From NCBI GenBank assembly GCA_038496445.1, contig JALMLS010000074.1, forward strand, positions 124,001-188,000: 64,000 bases of DNA, written 5' to 3'. The number at the start of each line of letters is the position of its first letter. The first letter of the stretch is position 1. This DNA is from Trichosphaerium sp. ATCC 40318. Its lineage: Eukaryota > Protista > Tubulinea. Position numbers and translations under genes: made by a program. The notes beneath the pieces were generated by a model. It was not told the origin of the DNA. It was given only the letters and a program-made list of their open reading frames with translations, and ran no database searches. Of this stretch, positions 40,682 through 53,124 are shown one piece after another.

Positions 40682-41950
40682 ATGAACACATCTCTCTTTC
40701 TTATTGTATGTGGTCTCGCTATCGTGTCGTGTGGGTTACCACGTAAAATGGTAGGTTTCTACCTATTAATCGCTGACGATACCGTCCAGAACTATACAAG
40801 GTACGCCTAACGCTAAGAAATTATCATAAAACTCCAACTAAATAACGAAAACGGTTAGTTCGGCTGTATGGACACCAATGCTTTTTGATTATCAACAAAC
40901 AGGTGGTAACGTGTTCTGGCTCGCTTTTGTAAACCCAAGCGACATGCCTAATGTACGCAAAACGGCAATACAGAACGTAACTTTTCTTGACACTTTTCTA
41001 TTTCAGGTACCACCCGCAATGGCTTCTCTGGCTAAAACGAAAGGTTCTGGCAAGCCTGGTAGCATTCCTTCCCAAGCTAAAGTGATATTCTCAATTGGAG
41101 GCGAAGCTTACAGCAACAAACCTAACCCATGGCCTTTCCTTGCATCACAACAAGCGGCAGAAGCAATGGCTGCTGAGGTACTATACACTTTGTCACATTA
41201 ATAAGAGCACTAAGTGTTTCACAGGTCGCCACTTGGTCAGAAAAGTACGGTTGTGACGGTATTGATATCGATATTGAAACTGGAGCTGGTAGCGCTCCAG
41301 GTGCTGGAGCAAATATGGTAGCGTTCATGCGGTAAGAAATCTCTCTTTTTTCAGTTTTTGAAAAACTTACAAATCACGTGCTAATATTTTTGTTTCGTAC
41401 AGTGCTTTGAAACAAAAGAACCCTAATTTCATAATCACATTACCTCAATACGGGTATCCTCAAGTTCCAGCTGAGATCGAAGGAGTAAATGAGTCATGGG
41501 ATGAAAATCGCAACTCTAAAGGTATACTGGCATCTTTGTTCCTTTTAGCTCACTCAATAATAGGTCTTGGTGATGCTATTGGTCTTATGGTATACAGTGG
41601 CACGAATTCATTAAACTATGTTAAGGATTACGCCAACGGTAAGACTCTTCTTAGCGAGATTCTTGGTTTTTTCTTACTGCTTTTCAGGCACCAGTCAGTG
41701 GCAAGGGTTTCCTATCAAAGTGAACGTACCTACAAGTGCTATTACAGTAGGTATAGGAGGCGGCGATACAAGTGCGATTATGACAATGGCAAGTGCTATC
41801 AACAGCAAACAGCTTGGCGGTATGATGGTTTGGTTTGCTAGCGTACAAGATTCAAGAAACCCTGGCAAACCAGCGTATCAATACGGAACTACTAATGATG
41901 CTTCTGAAGCTAAGAGTGGAGATTGGCAGAAAGCCCTTAGTATGATGTAG
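40682..41950 (+). CDS. Secreted GH18 chitinase-like glycoside hydrolase (multi-exon)
   Basis: Signal peptide MNTSLFLIVCGLAIV; KVIFSIGG; catalytic DGIDIDIE (DxDxE intact); LGGMMVW. Confidence 0.85.
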
Positions 41951-42239
41951 AAGAGAATAAATCTTTAACAACATGAGAAAGTTGAAACCGAAGAAATACG
42001 TTTGCGGATAAAGTATGACACTCGTGTTGATACGTCATTTTTGACTTTAAAATTCTGGCTGCCAAACGGTCCCGGCGGCCATAGACCAAGGTCTATATTG
42101 GAAGCTAGGTGCATAACTTGAAAAGCGTTTGACACGTGACTGGCAAACACCAGAGAAAAAAATGATTAGACGCGGTATGATAAAAAATAGTGGTGTTTAT
42201 TAAAACAAATGATACAAGTTTGTTGTTGGTAACAATTGT

Positions 42240-44256
42240 TTATCGTGAGTCTTGTAGTTCAACCGTGGAAATTTCTTGCGGTTCTACTTTTCCTTCTACT
42301 ACATCATGTGATGTTTGTTGTCCTTTGTTAATATAGTAAAAGACACAAAAGAGCAGTATCAATAAGACAAAGAGGACGAAAACACCGATTCCAATGAGTA
42401 CTTTTAAAAGAGGAGATTCACTTGTTACAGATTCGCTCCCATGTTGCTCTGCGGTACAATTTGTTCCTATGGATGTGATCACGCTTGGAAATATAGATGT
42501 GTCTCGCACTGTGACCTTTGCGTACTCTAGGGAAGCGATCAGTACTTTTTGGTCTAAAAATAGAAATACCTGTTCCGTATACGCATTGTTTTACTTCTAG
42601 AGTACCGTGTTCATCGAATATCATTTCACTACCTTGTTGCCACCTCATTGAACCTTATAGATTTGTTAGTAAACATGGTTATTGATTGTTAATAAAAGAG
42701 TACCTTGGACAACCATAGGAACATTAAGCGGAAATAATGTTGGCACATTAAAGTCACCAATCACAGTCCAAACGTCATCAATACACACACACAGTTCTAA
42801 AGGTTGAGGATATCCATTGCACATGCACTGACCGTCAGTTAATACTCCTGTTTGTTGTGCACATGGAATCGAAGGTAGAGGTGGCGCTACTGGAGCGCCT
42901 GTTGGAGGAGGTGTAAGACAGGTTCTTCCAAATAATTCAAATTCCGCAGCTCCGAAACGCTCTGTCCCAACTAGGAACAGAATACTACAAGCTCCAACAG
43001 TCACGTTAGAAAATGATGGTTCAAATGTATTTATCCGAAGTGGCCCAAGGGATTCATTTCTCACACTCCCAACACTAAAACAGTATGAGCGAAAGTGTAT
43101 TCTCACTGTTTAGGTACATACTTAGAATCCATTGTATACGCCTCACTAGTATAAGTACTTTGCTGAGGACTCTTTCCACCCCACACAACAGAAACAAATG
43201 AATCGATGTACGGATAGTAAACAGTGTCTACAGGTATCGAAAACCCGAGCTCTCCATTTCTATATTTGAAAGGGTTGCCACCTGTATTTAGTTAGACAAC
43301 ACAATCGTAAACAAATTACATACGTTGGTTTCCGTACTGATCTAGCAATTGACCCCATAAATGTTGTTCGAAAAAATTAGTTATGGTTGTGATACCAGTT
43401 GCTATATATTCGCCAGTACGTGTATTTGGAATGATTGAATTTCTTTTATCTCTTTTTACACCATCCTGAAAAGCAGCCGAGATACCAGTAGCAGCATCTA
43501 CAATCGTAGAATAGAATTCAACTTCAGAAACCACGTGATTTACTATGAACTGTTCCGATACGGGATTATAGATTGATTTGAGTCTGAAGATAGAAGTGTG
43601 TGGTAATGCTGCTACATCAAATCTGTGCTCGACTGTACCATTCTTTGAAAGGAAAATACCTCTTACTATTGATTGTCGATATCCAGCGTCCTCTCTATAC
43701 GTGATAAAAAACCGGTTTCTGTGGCTGTCATATGAAATAAACGGCTTAACGGCTATTCTGTCTTTTCGTTCTGTAATCTGAATGTTTCCGTTAATTATTT
43801 TTCCTTCCTCGTCCAAAAAAGTTGCAACGAGGAAAGTACTCGTTGCAGCCCATTTTTCCAGTTGACATTGATGTATCATCAAGTATTGTCCTCCTCCGTA
43901 TACGATATGCATTGGATGGGGCGCTACAGAACTAGTCGCTATGTCGCATGGAACATGAATCTCAAAACGAATTGAGGCTTTTGTGAACTCGTGATAGAAG
44001 TATCCTTCGAAGAAACTACTCATATTTAGTTTTCGCTGATTGAAAATTGAAAAACGAAAACTGAAGAAAGATTATTTTTGCTCCTAACGTACTCTACATC
44101 CTTCCATAGTACCAAGAACTGATTAGTAATCGGGCTGTACGTTGATATAGATTCTGCTGCAATTTTGTCGACGATTAAACCAGCTGAAGGCGTTGCGAAG
44201 TACAATAGCGATAGTACTACAAGCGTTGAGAGGTTTAAAAAGCAACACACTTTCAT
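42240..44256 (-). CDS. Single-pass type I membrane protein with a propeller-like ectodomain, Pro-rich linker and Cys-rich juxtamembrane domain
   Basis: Signal peptide; repeats ISTYSPITNQFLVLW, ISYDSHRNRFFITY, SIYNPVSEQFIV; TM VLIGIGVFVLFVLLILLFCVFYY. Confidence 0.7.
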
Positions 44257-45611
44257 TTTGTTTTCGAAGGTGAGTTGATGCTTAGGTTGTATATTAAGGT
44301 TAATTTTGGTAATTTTAATAGATGACTTAATCTTCTCGTTTTGTAAAAGGTTAACATCGCTTTGTATAGATGCGTTGAAGCTATTGTGATGGAGATTTGC
44401 TTTTTTTTTATTATTATTTATACGTCCAACTTAAGATATTCCGTTCCCGTTTTGGAGCCAGGCAAGGTCAGAATTCTAGTTAGTGATTATGCCCGAGTTT
44501 AAAATATAGTGTTAGGCACTGCCAGCAGTAGTTAACTAAACCTCTTGGACGTATGTTAACTGATTGAGTTAGTCTTGAACCATTGCAATAATAAAAACGC
44601 TCGAAACTGTCCGATAGTAGCTGTTAGACTCATCTAGAACTCTTACACGCGTGAAAACACAAAAAAAATCTGAATTAACCGGAACTACAAAAAGTAAGAT
44701 CACCAGCGTAGGAAATAAAGGAACAAACAGTTAAAAGAGTGAAATACAAGAGCATCTCCAAGTTTAGTATGTTGTGAAAATAAGTTCTTTTCGGAAAATT
44801 AAAAATCCAAGAAATGCTTACACGAGGCAACTTTCGTGCTCACACAATTGTCAACAATATGTATTGATCGTATGTATGACTACACATTCACTAGATTAGT
44901 ATGGTTTGAATTACAGTTACGTTACCGTAAATCGTGATGAAAAAATAAAAAGTTCAACGTCCGATTCAGCTACAATGCGTTGATATTGTAGTTTTAGGCT
45001 CACAAAAGTGAAAAAATTAACGAAAACCTTGCTTTTTTTACTCCAATTCTGGTATGTTCTGAAATACGTTTTCAGTAGTAGCTACAACCTTCTACATACA
45101 GTGCACGTACGCCTATTTCAATCTCAGCCTTTCAAAAGAAAATTTATGGTTTGGAGCTAGGCGTATGGCTATTGTTATGAGGAAACTAATGTTACAGAAG
45201 CAACTGACGTGTGCGCCGGTGTTGTCGGCGAAACTGTAGCAACTAAGCTGTTGATGAAGTACGCGGGTTTGTTACTACGAACAACGACCTCCGTAGTTGG
45301 TGGAAACTGTTAGCTGCGTTAGAGGACATTTACTAAAGTAAGTCTCACTGCCGTGATTCTCGCCATCAATCTGTTAGTCGTAATGAACCTGCGCTTGTAC
45401 TCTTAAGAATATCTCAAATAACTAACTCCTTTTTGTATTATGCTCTTTACTGTAAGCTTGAGAATCGACCATACCCCGCCTACAGCAAACAGTAACAAAA
45501 TTTTTGTATCTAGGACTAGATAAACAATCAGTGTTGTGGTTTTAAATAACAATGGTGAAATGTCAAATGACGGCCTTTTTATTTTACATGTTACTATTTA
45601 GGCATATTAAT

Positions 45612-48600
45612 CTATGTTTGCCTGTTACCAAGGTAGTACACGCTTCCTAAAACAACTAGTGAGTATACAGCGTTGAAATTGGAAACTTTGTTTTCAATAA
45701 ATGTTGTAAACAAAAAAGAGGTACTTACCAGACATTGTCTGAACAGACTCTATTTGATCCATTTTAGGTGGCTCAACAGCCCAAGAGGATGACGTTTTAT
45801 CCATGTAATGGAATCTTTGTACTGTAGATGTTTTGTAGAAAGACCACGCCTTACCTTCCAAGTATGTCTGACCTAGAAAAAATATTAATTTACGAACTTG
45901 GCTTTTTTCCTTGAATAAAACACTTTACCTGCTTGATCCATATTAACAAGAACCCAGTCGTTAATAACCTTTTTAGAAGGATCGCTCATGAGCTGTTGTA
46001 GACGTTCATCAATCTTGAAACCTCCTTTACCTCCAGAAGATTTGGCTTTATCCTAAAACAAACAAAAGTTAGTTCTCGTCAACACCAACATAAAAAAAAC
46101 CAACAAACTTCCAACACACTTGGAATTACAACATTCTGAAAAGATGCAATACAAAAAAGCCCAAAATACGTACAGCCTTATAAGCAGCGAATACACGTTG
46201 GAACTTTTTCAAATGTCCCTTCTTCATACCAATATCCTTCAAATCTTGAACTTCTAAATCTTCAATATCTTCAAATCCCTCAGCTAAAAGCTTATTTGCG
46301 TAATCATCCCAACCATACTGGTGCATCCACTCACGGAATGCCTTTAAAAAACCCAGAAGTCAAAACATCGCCTGGAAGGTTCAACAAAAACATACCTTTG
46401 TCAAGCTATCTTTGAGACTTTCCTTCTCGTCTTGAAATACTTTAAGTTCTGCTTTTAATGAAGCAATCTCTTCAGCTGCTTTTGATCCCTTAGATACTTC
46501 AGCCTTGGCTTCATCTAATGCTTCCTTTTGCTTAGAAAGCTCTTCGTCTTTATTCTTAACGACTACTTCTAAATCTTCAACTTTCTGACGTAGGTCAGCG
46601 TGTTTTGCTTCTAATGCTTTCTTGGCTTCTTCAAGGGCCTCAATCGCAGCAGTATCAACTACAGGCATTGGTGGTGGCGGAGGTGGCCCACTAGTAGTAT
46701 CTACAGCTATTACTGGGGGTGCTGGAGGTGCTGGGGGAGCGCCAGAAGCCTCTTCTGGTACAGGCATAGCTGGAGGTGCTGGTGGAGCACCAGACTCTTC
46801 AGGCTCAGGCATGGCTGGCGCTGGTACTGCCTCTGTTGGAGTTGGTTTTGGTGCTTCTTGTTTGGCTTTTAAGCTTGATAAAGCTTTAGATACGTCTAAT
46901 TGACTACCAAGTATATCTTCCAGTGACGCAACATCAGTTTTAACACCTCCTATTGAAAAAGAACATAGTGAGGTCAAAAGAAAAGATTAATATTTGAACG
47001 TACCAACGTCAACTTCATAGATGCCATCACCAACAACTGTACCACCTACGGTGACTACAATACCATGTGTACCATTTTCAGTTGGTTCCCATTCAATATC
47101 ATAAGTGTCATCCTCGTTGTCAAACACAACTACCAAGCAAAAAAGTTAGTACAAGGATTTCAGTTTGATAACAAAAAAAAGCAGCATTAACTAAGTGCGT
47201 ACGTGGTAAGACTACGCCAGTAGGTCCTTTAATATGAGCACTGAGCTCGCTCTTTTTAATAGAAACACCAGGTTTCTTGCTTAAAACAACAGTGAAGCAA
47301 CCAATTTCACCAATCTTGGCCGGCAGCAAATTGTACCCACTATCCAGAAACAAATATAAGCGACCAAATAAAACAACAGATACACAAACAACGTACGTAA
47401 CCTTACACTTGTCAGGAAAGACTTTACAGTTTTTGTCTTCTTTTGGAGCTTTGGGTGGTTCTGGTGTTTCAACCTTCTTTGGTTCCTCAACCTTAGTTTT
47501 TTCCACTTTAGGCTCTACTTTAGCAACCTCTTCCTTCACTGGCTCATCCGGAGCATCTACATAAATGTTAAATAACTTTACTTAAACCTAACTAACAGCA
47601 AACCAAACGTACTTGGAGTTTTAACAGTAAATGGACTCCCAATAATGTTTGAACCATTAATCAATACTTTAACAACATAAGTACCCTCGACGCTCGACAC
47701 CCACTCGATATCCCACGATTTATCGCCATCTTCATTATCATAGGCCTAAAACAGCAAATTAAATACCACAAATTAATTTTTAATCATTACTTCAATTGTT
47801 GGATTTCCAGGCCCTTCAACAGTGAATGTAATCTGTTCTTTCTTGACGCTAATAGCGGCACCGTCCTTATCTGCAAGAAAGAAAAATGTTAAAAACAAAG
47901 TAATCTCAAAACAAAAGTAGTTTGATTGTTTGTACCTTTTGGGAATACACTGAAAACATTTTCGTCTGTAAGGATAGCCTTTTGAGTACCAGATCCTCTA
48001 GCAGTAGATTTGGAACCAATACAACCAGGACCATCTTCGGCAGGTTTTTTCTCCGCTGGTTTTGCTTCACTCTTGGCACTAACATGCGTAAGAATTACAA
48101 AGAATAATAAATTGTTTGGCCTTTCAGCATCTGGTAAATAGCTAAAAACGTACGCAGCAGGTTTATTATCACCACTGGCTGGCTTAGCAGCTTCTGGTTC
48201 AACGCCAGCTTTCTTTGAGAAAAAGGCATCGATATTATTACGTGCATCGCCTACATCGGCCTCAATCTCGCCCATTTCAGAGATATCAACACCACGATTT
48301 TCTAATCTAGCAAGACGTTCCTTATCCCTCGCCTAGAAGAGCTCCATCAGCTACAATTTATTTTTTTTTCAAAACAAAAAAAATGACATTTTGATCATTT
48401 GAACAACGCTAGTCGGATAGATAGCCTCAATTATAAAACAACGTACAGCTTCTTCAGCTTGTGCTTCCTTTAACCGCCTCTGTGCTTCAAGCCTTGCTTT
48501 TTTTCGAGCTATAAGCATTTTTCGACGCTCTGGGTCCATTTTCTTTTTCTATACGTACAGTCTTTAGCGCAAAGAAATTGTAGAGTCCAAGAAGAGAAAG

Positions 48601-49235
48601 AGAACAAAAAACGAGTAAAACAACGCTTTGAATTTTTGGTGCTTGCAACTAAAACTACAAAAGTGATAGAACAATGCGCATTAGAGCGTGCAGGGCGTTG
48701 TAGAGATTTAAAACGTGTTTTTTAAAGCTTGAATTGGATTTGCTGCTAATACGCGAGCAGGTTGTTCTAAGATAGATATTGCGTGAACAGTTAACGTACG
48801 CCTTTCTTTTTTGCTGCAAGTTTCGCCAACCGTCTTTTCTTTTGCTCCTCTCGTTTAGAGTTCCAGTCCTTTAGATGGTGTTAGCTAGCGTACTGAAATT
48901 ATACAGCGAGAATAGAAACAACGATCGAGTTCATCTTTTTGAAACGATCGCAATTATGAAGATTGTAGTTGCTATTAGGCACCAGTAACATAAAAGCAAA
49001 GTTCTTTGGTATGTTTTTTCACCTGAAAAGCGTACGTCGTCGCGTGGTGGCTCTCCTTCTTCATCACCGTGCATAGTTAAAGCACCAGAAGCAATTTTAG
49101 ATTTAACATCTTCTGCTTCAGCTTGAAACTGTGCAGAAGGCGCTTCGCCTTTTAGGATAGCCAACTACCACTTTTATTAGCCCAACAACGTAACTGTTCA
49201 CTATTACGCACTAAATCAGCAGCGTCGTCACCCAT
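45612..49235 (-). CDS. Protein with filamin (Ig-like) repeats, Pro-rich and coiled-coil segments, a SAM domain and a C-terminal SANTA-like domain (many exons)
   Basis: Filamin-like STARGSG, GTYVVKVLINGSNIIGSPFTV, DDTYDIEWEP; SAM-like WMHQYGWDDYANKLLAEGFE..LKDIGMKKGHLKKF. The first exons (MGDDAADL...) can splice in frame to KKKMDPERRK; TAG at 45612-45614. Confidence 0.7.
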
Positions 49236-49454
49236 TGTTTTTTAGGTTAGTTTAACTGTATCAAGCAGTAATTTGAGTTTTTCGGTCGAAAACACTTAAA
49301 ATCGCTTAAGTCAACAAAAAAGTGCCACAATGTGTCAAGTACGTTACAAACTGACATTTGACCACGCGTATATGTCTGACGTGGTCGTTTAAGCAAACTT
49401 TGGTTAAGTTGCTTAAAAAATGGCATTTACAAGTTTCTAAAACGCAGACAAAGC

Positions 49455-51748
49455 ATGTCATCATTCGCTCCAGGTTCTTCTACGCCTAAAAGCTACGTAT
49501 GTGTCGAAGATGTCGCCAAATACTTCGACGACGCAGGAATACCTTCCCAGATTAAATACGAAGGACCAGAAACGAAAAACATTCTAGCGTTCCGTTATTA
49601 CAACCCATCTGAGGTAATACTCGGTAAAACAATGGAAGACTGGTGTAGATTCTCGGTACGCTTTATAAAAATGAAAAAAAAGTAAAGTTTGTAGGCCGTC
49701 TAAACCGCGTGCCTTTGTTTTTTGTTTGTGAATTTTTTTTTGATTTTTGTAGCCCGTTCCCACCTATCCATAATTTATTGATTTCATACTAGGTCTGCTA
49801 TTGGCATACTTTCAGAGGTGTTGGCGCAGGTAAAAAATATCACGTGGATAGTCATGTGACATTTCAATGGAAAAATCTTTTTGGATTTTTTTTTATCCAA
49901 GTCTAACTTTTTTGTTTCGTTATTAGATATGTTCGGGTTTGGCACTATCGAGAGACCTTGGGAAGATGGTACAGACAGCGTTGAAAACGCTCAAAGAAGA
50001 GCAAAGGTAGCTATTGAATTCACGAGAAGGCACGTGATATTTTTTTTTAACCTTTTTTATCCTTCTGATGTTCTTTTGTAGACTTGGCGTTAAGTACTTT
50101 GCTTTCCACGACCGTGACATTGCCCCTGAAGTACGTTTTTTAAACTTAGACTATGAACGTGTACATTTACTCACGAGTTCACTTTCTAAAGGGCAAGAAT
50201 ATTGTCGAGTCAAACTCAAACCTAGACAAAGTCGGTGCTACCATTAAGGAAGAAATGGCGAAAAAAGGAGTCAAACTACTGTGGGGAACTTCAAATCTCT
50301 TCTCTCATCCTGTACTAACACTTCACTACTTATAAACCCTTCCTCCAATCTGACCCTTGCTCCTAAGCGTTACATGAATGGTGCTGCAACCAACCCAGAT
50401 ATTAACGCCTTTGCCTATGCTGGTGCACAAGTTAAGAAGTGTCTTGAGTTGACCAAACTACTCGGTAAGTGAAATGCGAACTCTCAACGAGGTTGTACAA
50501 CTAACTATGTTGAAACAGGTGGTGAGAACTTCGTCTTTTGGGGTGGCAGAGAAGGATACCAAACTATCCTTAACACCAACGTCAAAGCAGAGCTCGATCA
50601 TTTTGCTGCTTTCTTGAAAATGGCTGCAGACTACAAAAAGAAAATAGGTAAATGCTTTTTTTCGCCTTTCGACCTTGTAGAGGTTTACAAAACACGAAAA
50701 ATAGTCTTGAACCAATAGTCTCTCTAACTCACTTACAGGTTTCACTGGACAATTGCTCATCGAACCTAAACCACGTGAGCCTACTAAGCATCAATATGAT
50801 TACGGTAAGTTTGTACCAAAAATGTTACTTCTGCCTTTTTTCTGAACTTAGTTGTTAGATGCGCAGACCGTCATTGGCTTTTTGAAACACTATGGTTTGG
50901 ACAAAGATTTTAAGCTTAACATTGAGCCAAATCATACTACTCTCGCTGGACATGACTATGAACACGATATTGAAGTAGCTTCAAGGTACGTTCTTTTGAT
51001 AAAAACCTCTAGATTACTGGTTATTGCCTTGACCAATACTCCCAAAACAGGTATGGTATGCTTGGATCTGTAGATTCAAATACTGGAGATACTCTTCTTG
51101 GATGGGATACTGATCAAGTATGAGTTGTACCTTTTTCCTTGTTTTTTTTTCCCCTTTTTTCATAAAGCTTGTACCAGTTTTCCTTGGTTCAATGTCTTTC
51201 TAATATTGACTGTTTTAGTTTCCTATGGATGTTAAGAAAACTACTCTTGTTATGCAGGTACGATGTTAAGTTTCAGAACAGTGACTTATTCTTTTTTCCA
51301 AGGCTGTTGTCAGACAAGACGGGCTAGCTCCTGGTGGTCTTAACTTTGACTGTAAAGTAAGACGTGAATCAGTTGATATCGAAGATATGTTCATAGCTCA
51401 TATTGGAGCAATTGATGCTTTTGCACGTGGTTTGAGAAACGCTGCAAAAATCAAGGAAGATGCAGTACGTTACGATTTTTGTATCAAAAGTTTTTTTCAA
51501 TATTCTACCTTTTATTCCTTTCTATAAAATCACGTGATTTTGTTGTATAACTCTTTTTTTTTGTTAAGGTTATTCCTGGTCTTGTAAAGGCTCGTTATGC
51601 TTCATGGGACTCTGATCTTGGAAAGAAGATTATGTCTGGTGAATGCACTTTTGAGGATTTAGATAAATACGCTCAGGAGAAGGGAGAGCCTGCAGTAACT
51701 TCAGGAAAGCAAGAAAAATTTGAGTTGTTGTACAACACATATGTTTAG
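49455..51748 (+). CDS. xylA: Xylose isomerase (class II), intron-rich
   Basis: Spliced motifs [63 protein letters not shown]; TAG at 51746-51748. Confidence 0.95.
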
Positions 51749-52026
51749 ATACAAGAGACTGTGATTGCACGATTGTTTGCTGTAGAAATCATTACATTAA
51801 TAAAGAAGTGCAAAGTCAAGCATTAGCACGGAGTTAAGTATTCTAAAAAGATCCAAAACATGAACAACAAAGTGCCTTCACCTGGTACATGTTATGTTTT
51901 TGCAGTTGCTAAACTAGATCGTGTCAGCAGACAACATAATTACTACAAACTAGGGTTTGTTCGCGCATCAACGAAATAATTGTCTCTGTGTGCTTTTTGG
52001 TTCAAAACCAAATGAAGAGTTCTCAA

Positions 52027-52268
52027 TTTGTGACAAGTGGATACTGATGATGTTGTACATTCTTGTAACTTGTCACAAAAATGTTACTCGATTAAGCAAA
52101 AGTATCCTCCCCAGGTGAGGACACGGTATTTTTGTTTGTTTTCAAATGCACTACTAGCTTAGGCTGGGTTATTTTGACTTTTTTTTTTAGGGAACAAAAA
52201 AAGTAACCTATGTTCACCGATGCAAGCACCCTGGTAGCCGCTAATAGATTTGTTACTTTTTTTTGTTC
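52027..52268. repeat. Two inverted-repeat hairpins in intergenic DNA
   Basis: TTTGTGACAAGT (52027-52038)/ACTTGTCACAAA (52068-52079); GAAC(A7)GTAAC (52192-52207)/GTTAC(T8)GTTC (52252-52268). Confidence 0.6.
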
Positions 52269-53124
52269 TTGGTGTTTGAGACTGCCATGTCTACTTTCAT
52301 CGGCCACTACGAAAGCTTTGTGGTCGCTCCGGTTAGTCAAACTGAAACTAGTGGAGAACTACTTCCACTTGATATATAGAAGAAATTCGTTTCGGTTTAT
52401 ACGCCCATATTCTATCCAAAAATAAATAGTGGGATACACTTCACTGAAATATCCAGTTAAAATGCTCGAATATGGATAATGCACATTGTAAAAAGCCACA
52501 AACCCTTACGCTAGCTGTTTTCTTCCGTTGTAAACCGTTTCAGCGATGCTTTTGTTCCAAAAACGTGCAGCAAAACAACATATACTTTCTTCAGCTTTGG
52601 AGCATGCTAAGAACTAAATAGTGCTCCTGTAAGTTTATTTTAGCGTTTTCGATTCTTCTCAACTACTAATTGGCTTTGCTAACATATGCAACTCCAGAAA
52701 TCTACACTTAGCGCCTACTAAAAGCAAACAGATGGCCATTTACTCGCTTGGATTTGTTCTCCTACAAAAACTAGGTACCTTTTTTTCAGTTGATGTCCCA
52801 CATGAGTAAGTACATAATTTTACCAAAGGAATAATACCAACGATAGTTTCGATGCCTTATCGTGTTTTACTAACTGGATATATTTGTTAAAATGCGTGCA
52901 CTCATTAATCTCAACGTGATTCCTCTACATATGCATTGAAGCAAGTCAGCTCGAATGACCTTGTTAAATAAAAACCGAACTTTGTCAACACCTCTTCCCT
53001 TTGGACATAAAAGTTTATGGACGGTTTCTATAGAACTTCCAACCAAGCTTATAACCTATTTTAAGCCTAGTTCACCATTCCTAACAAAACGTGATTTTTT
53101 TATTCAGTTACAAATCCTTTTAAT

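Noticed and set aside
52040-52067. Hammerhead ribozyme or C/D snoRNA suggested by CTGATGA inside a hairpin
   Set aside because: There is no GAAA after a stem II, and no downstream box D (CTGA) at a suitable position.
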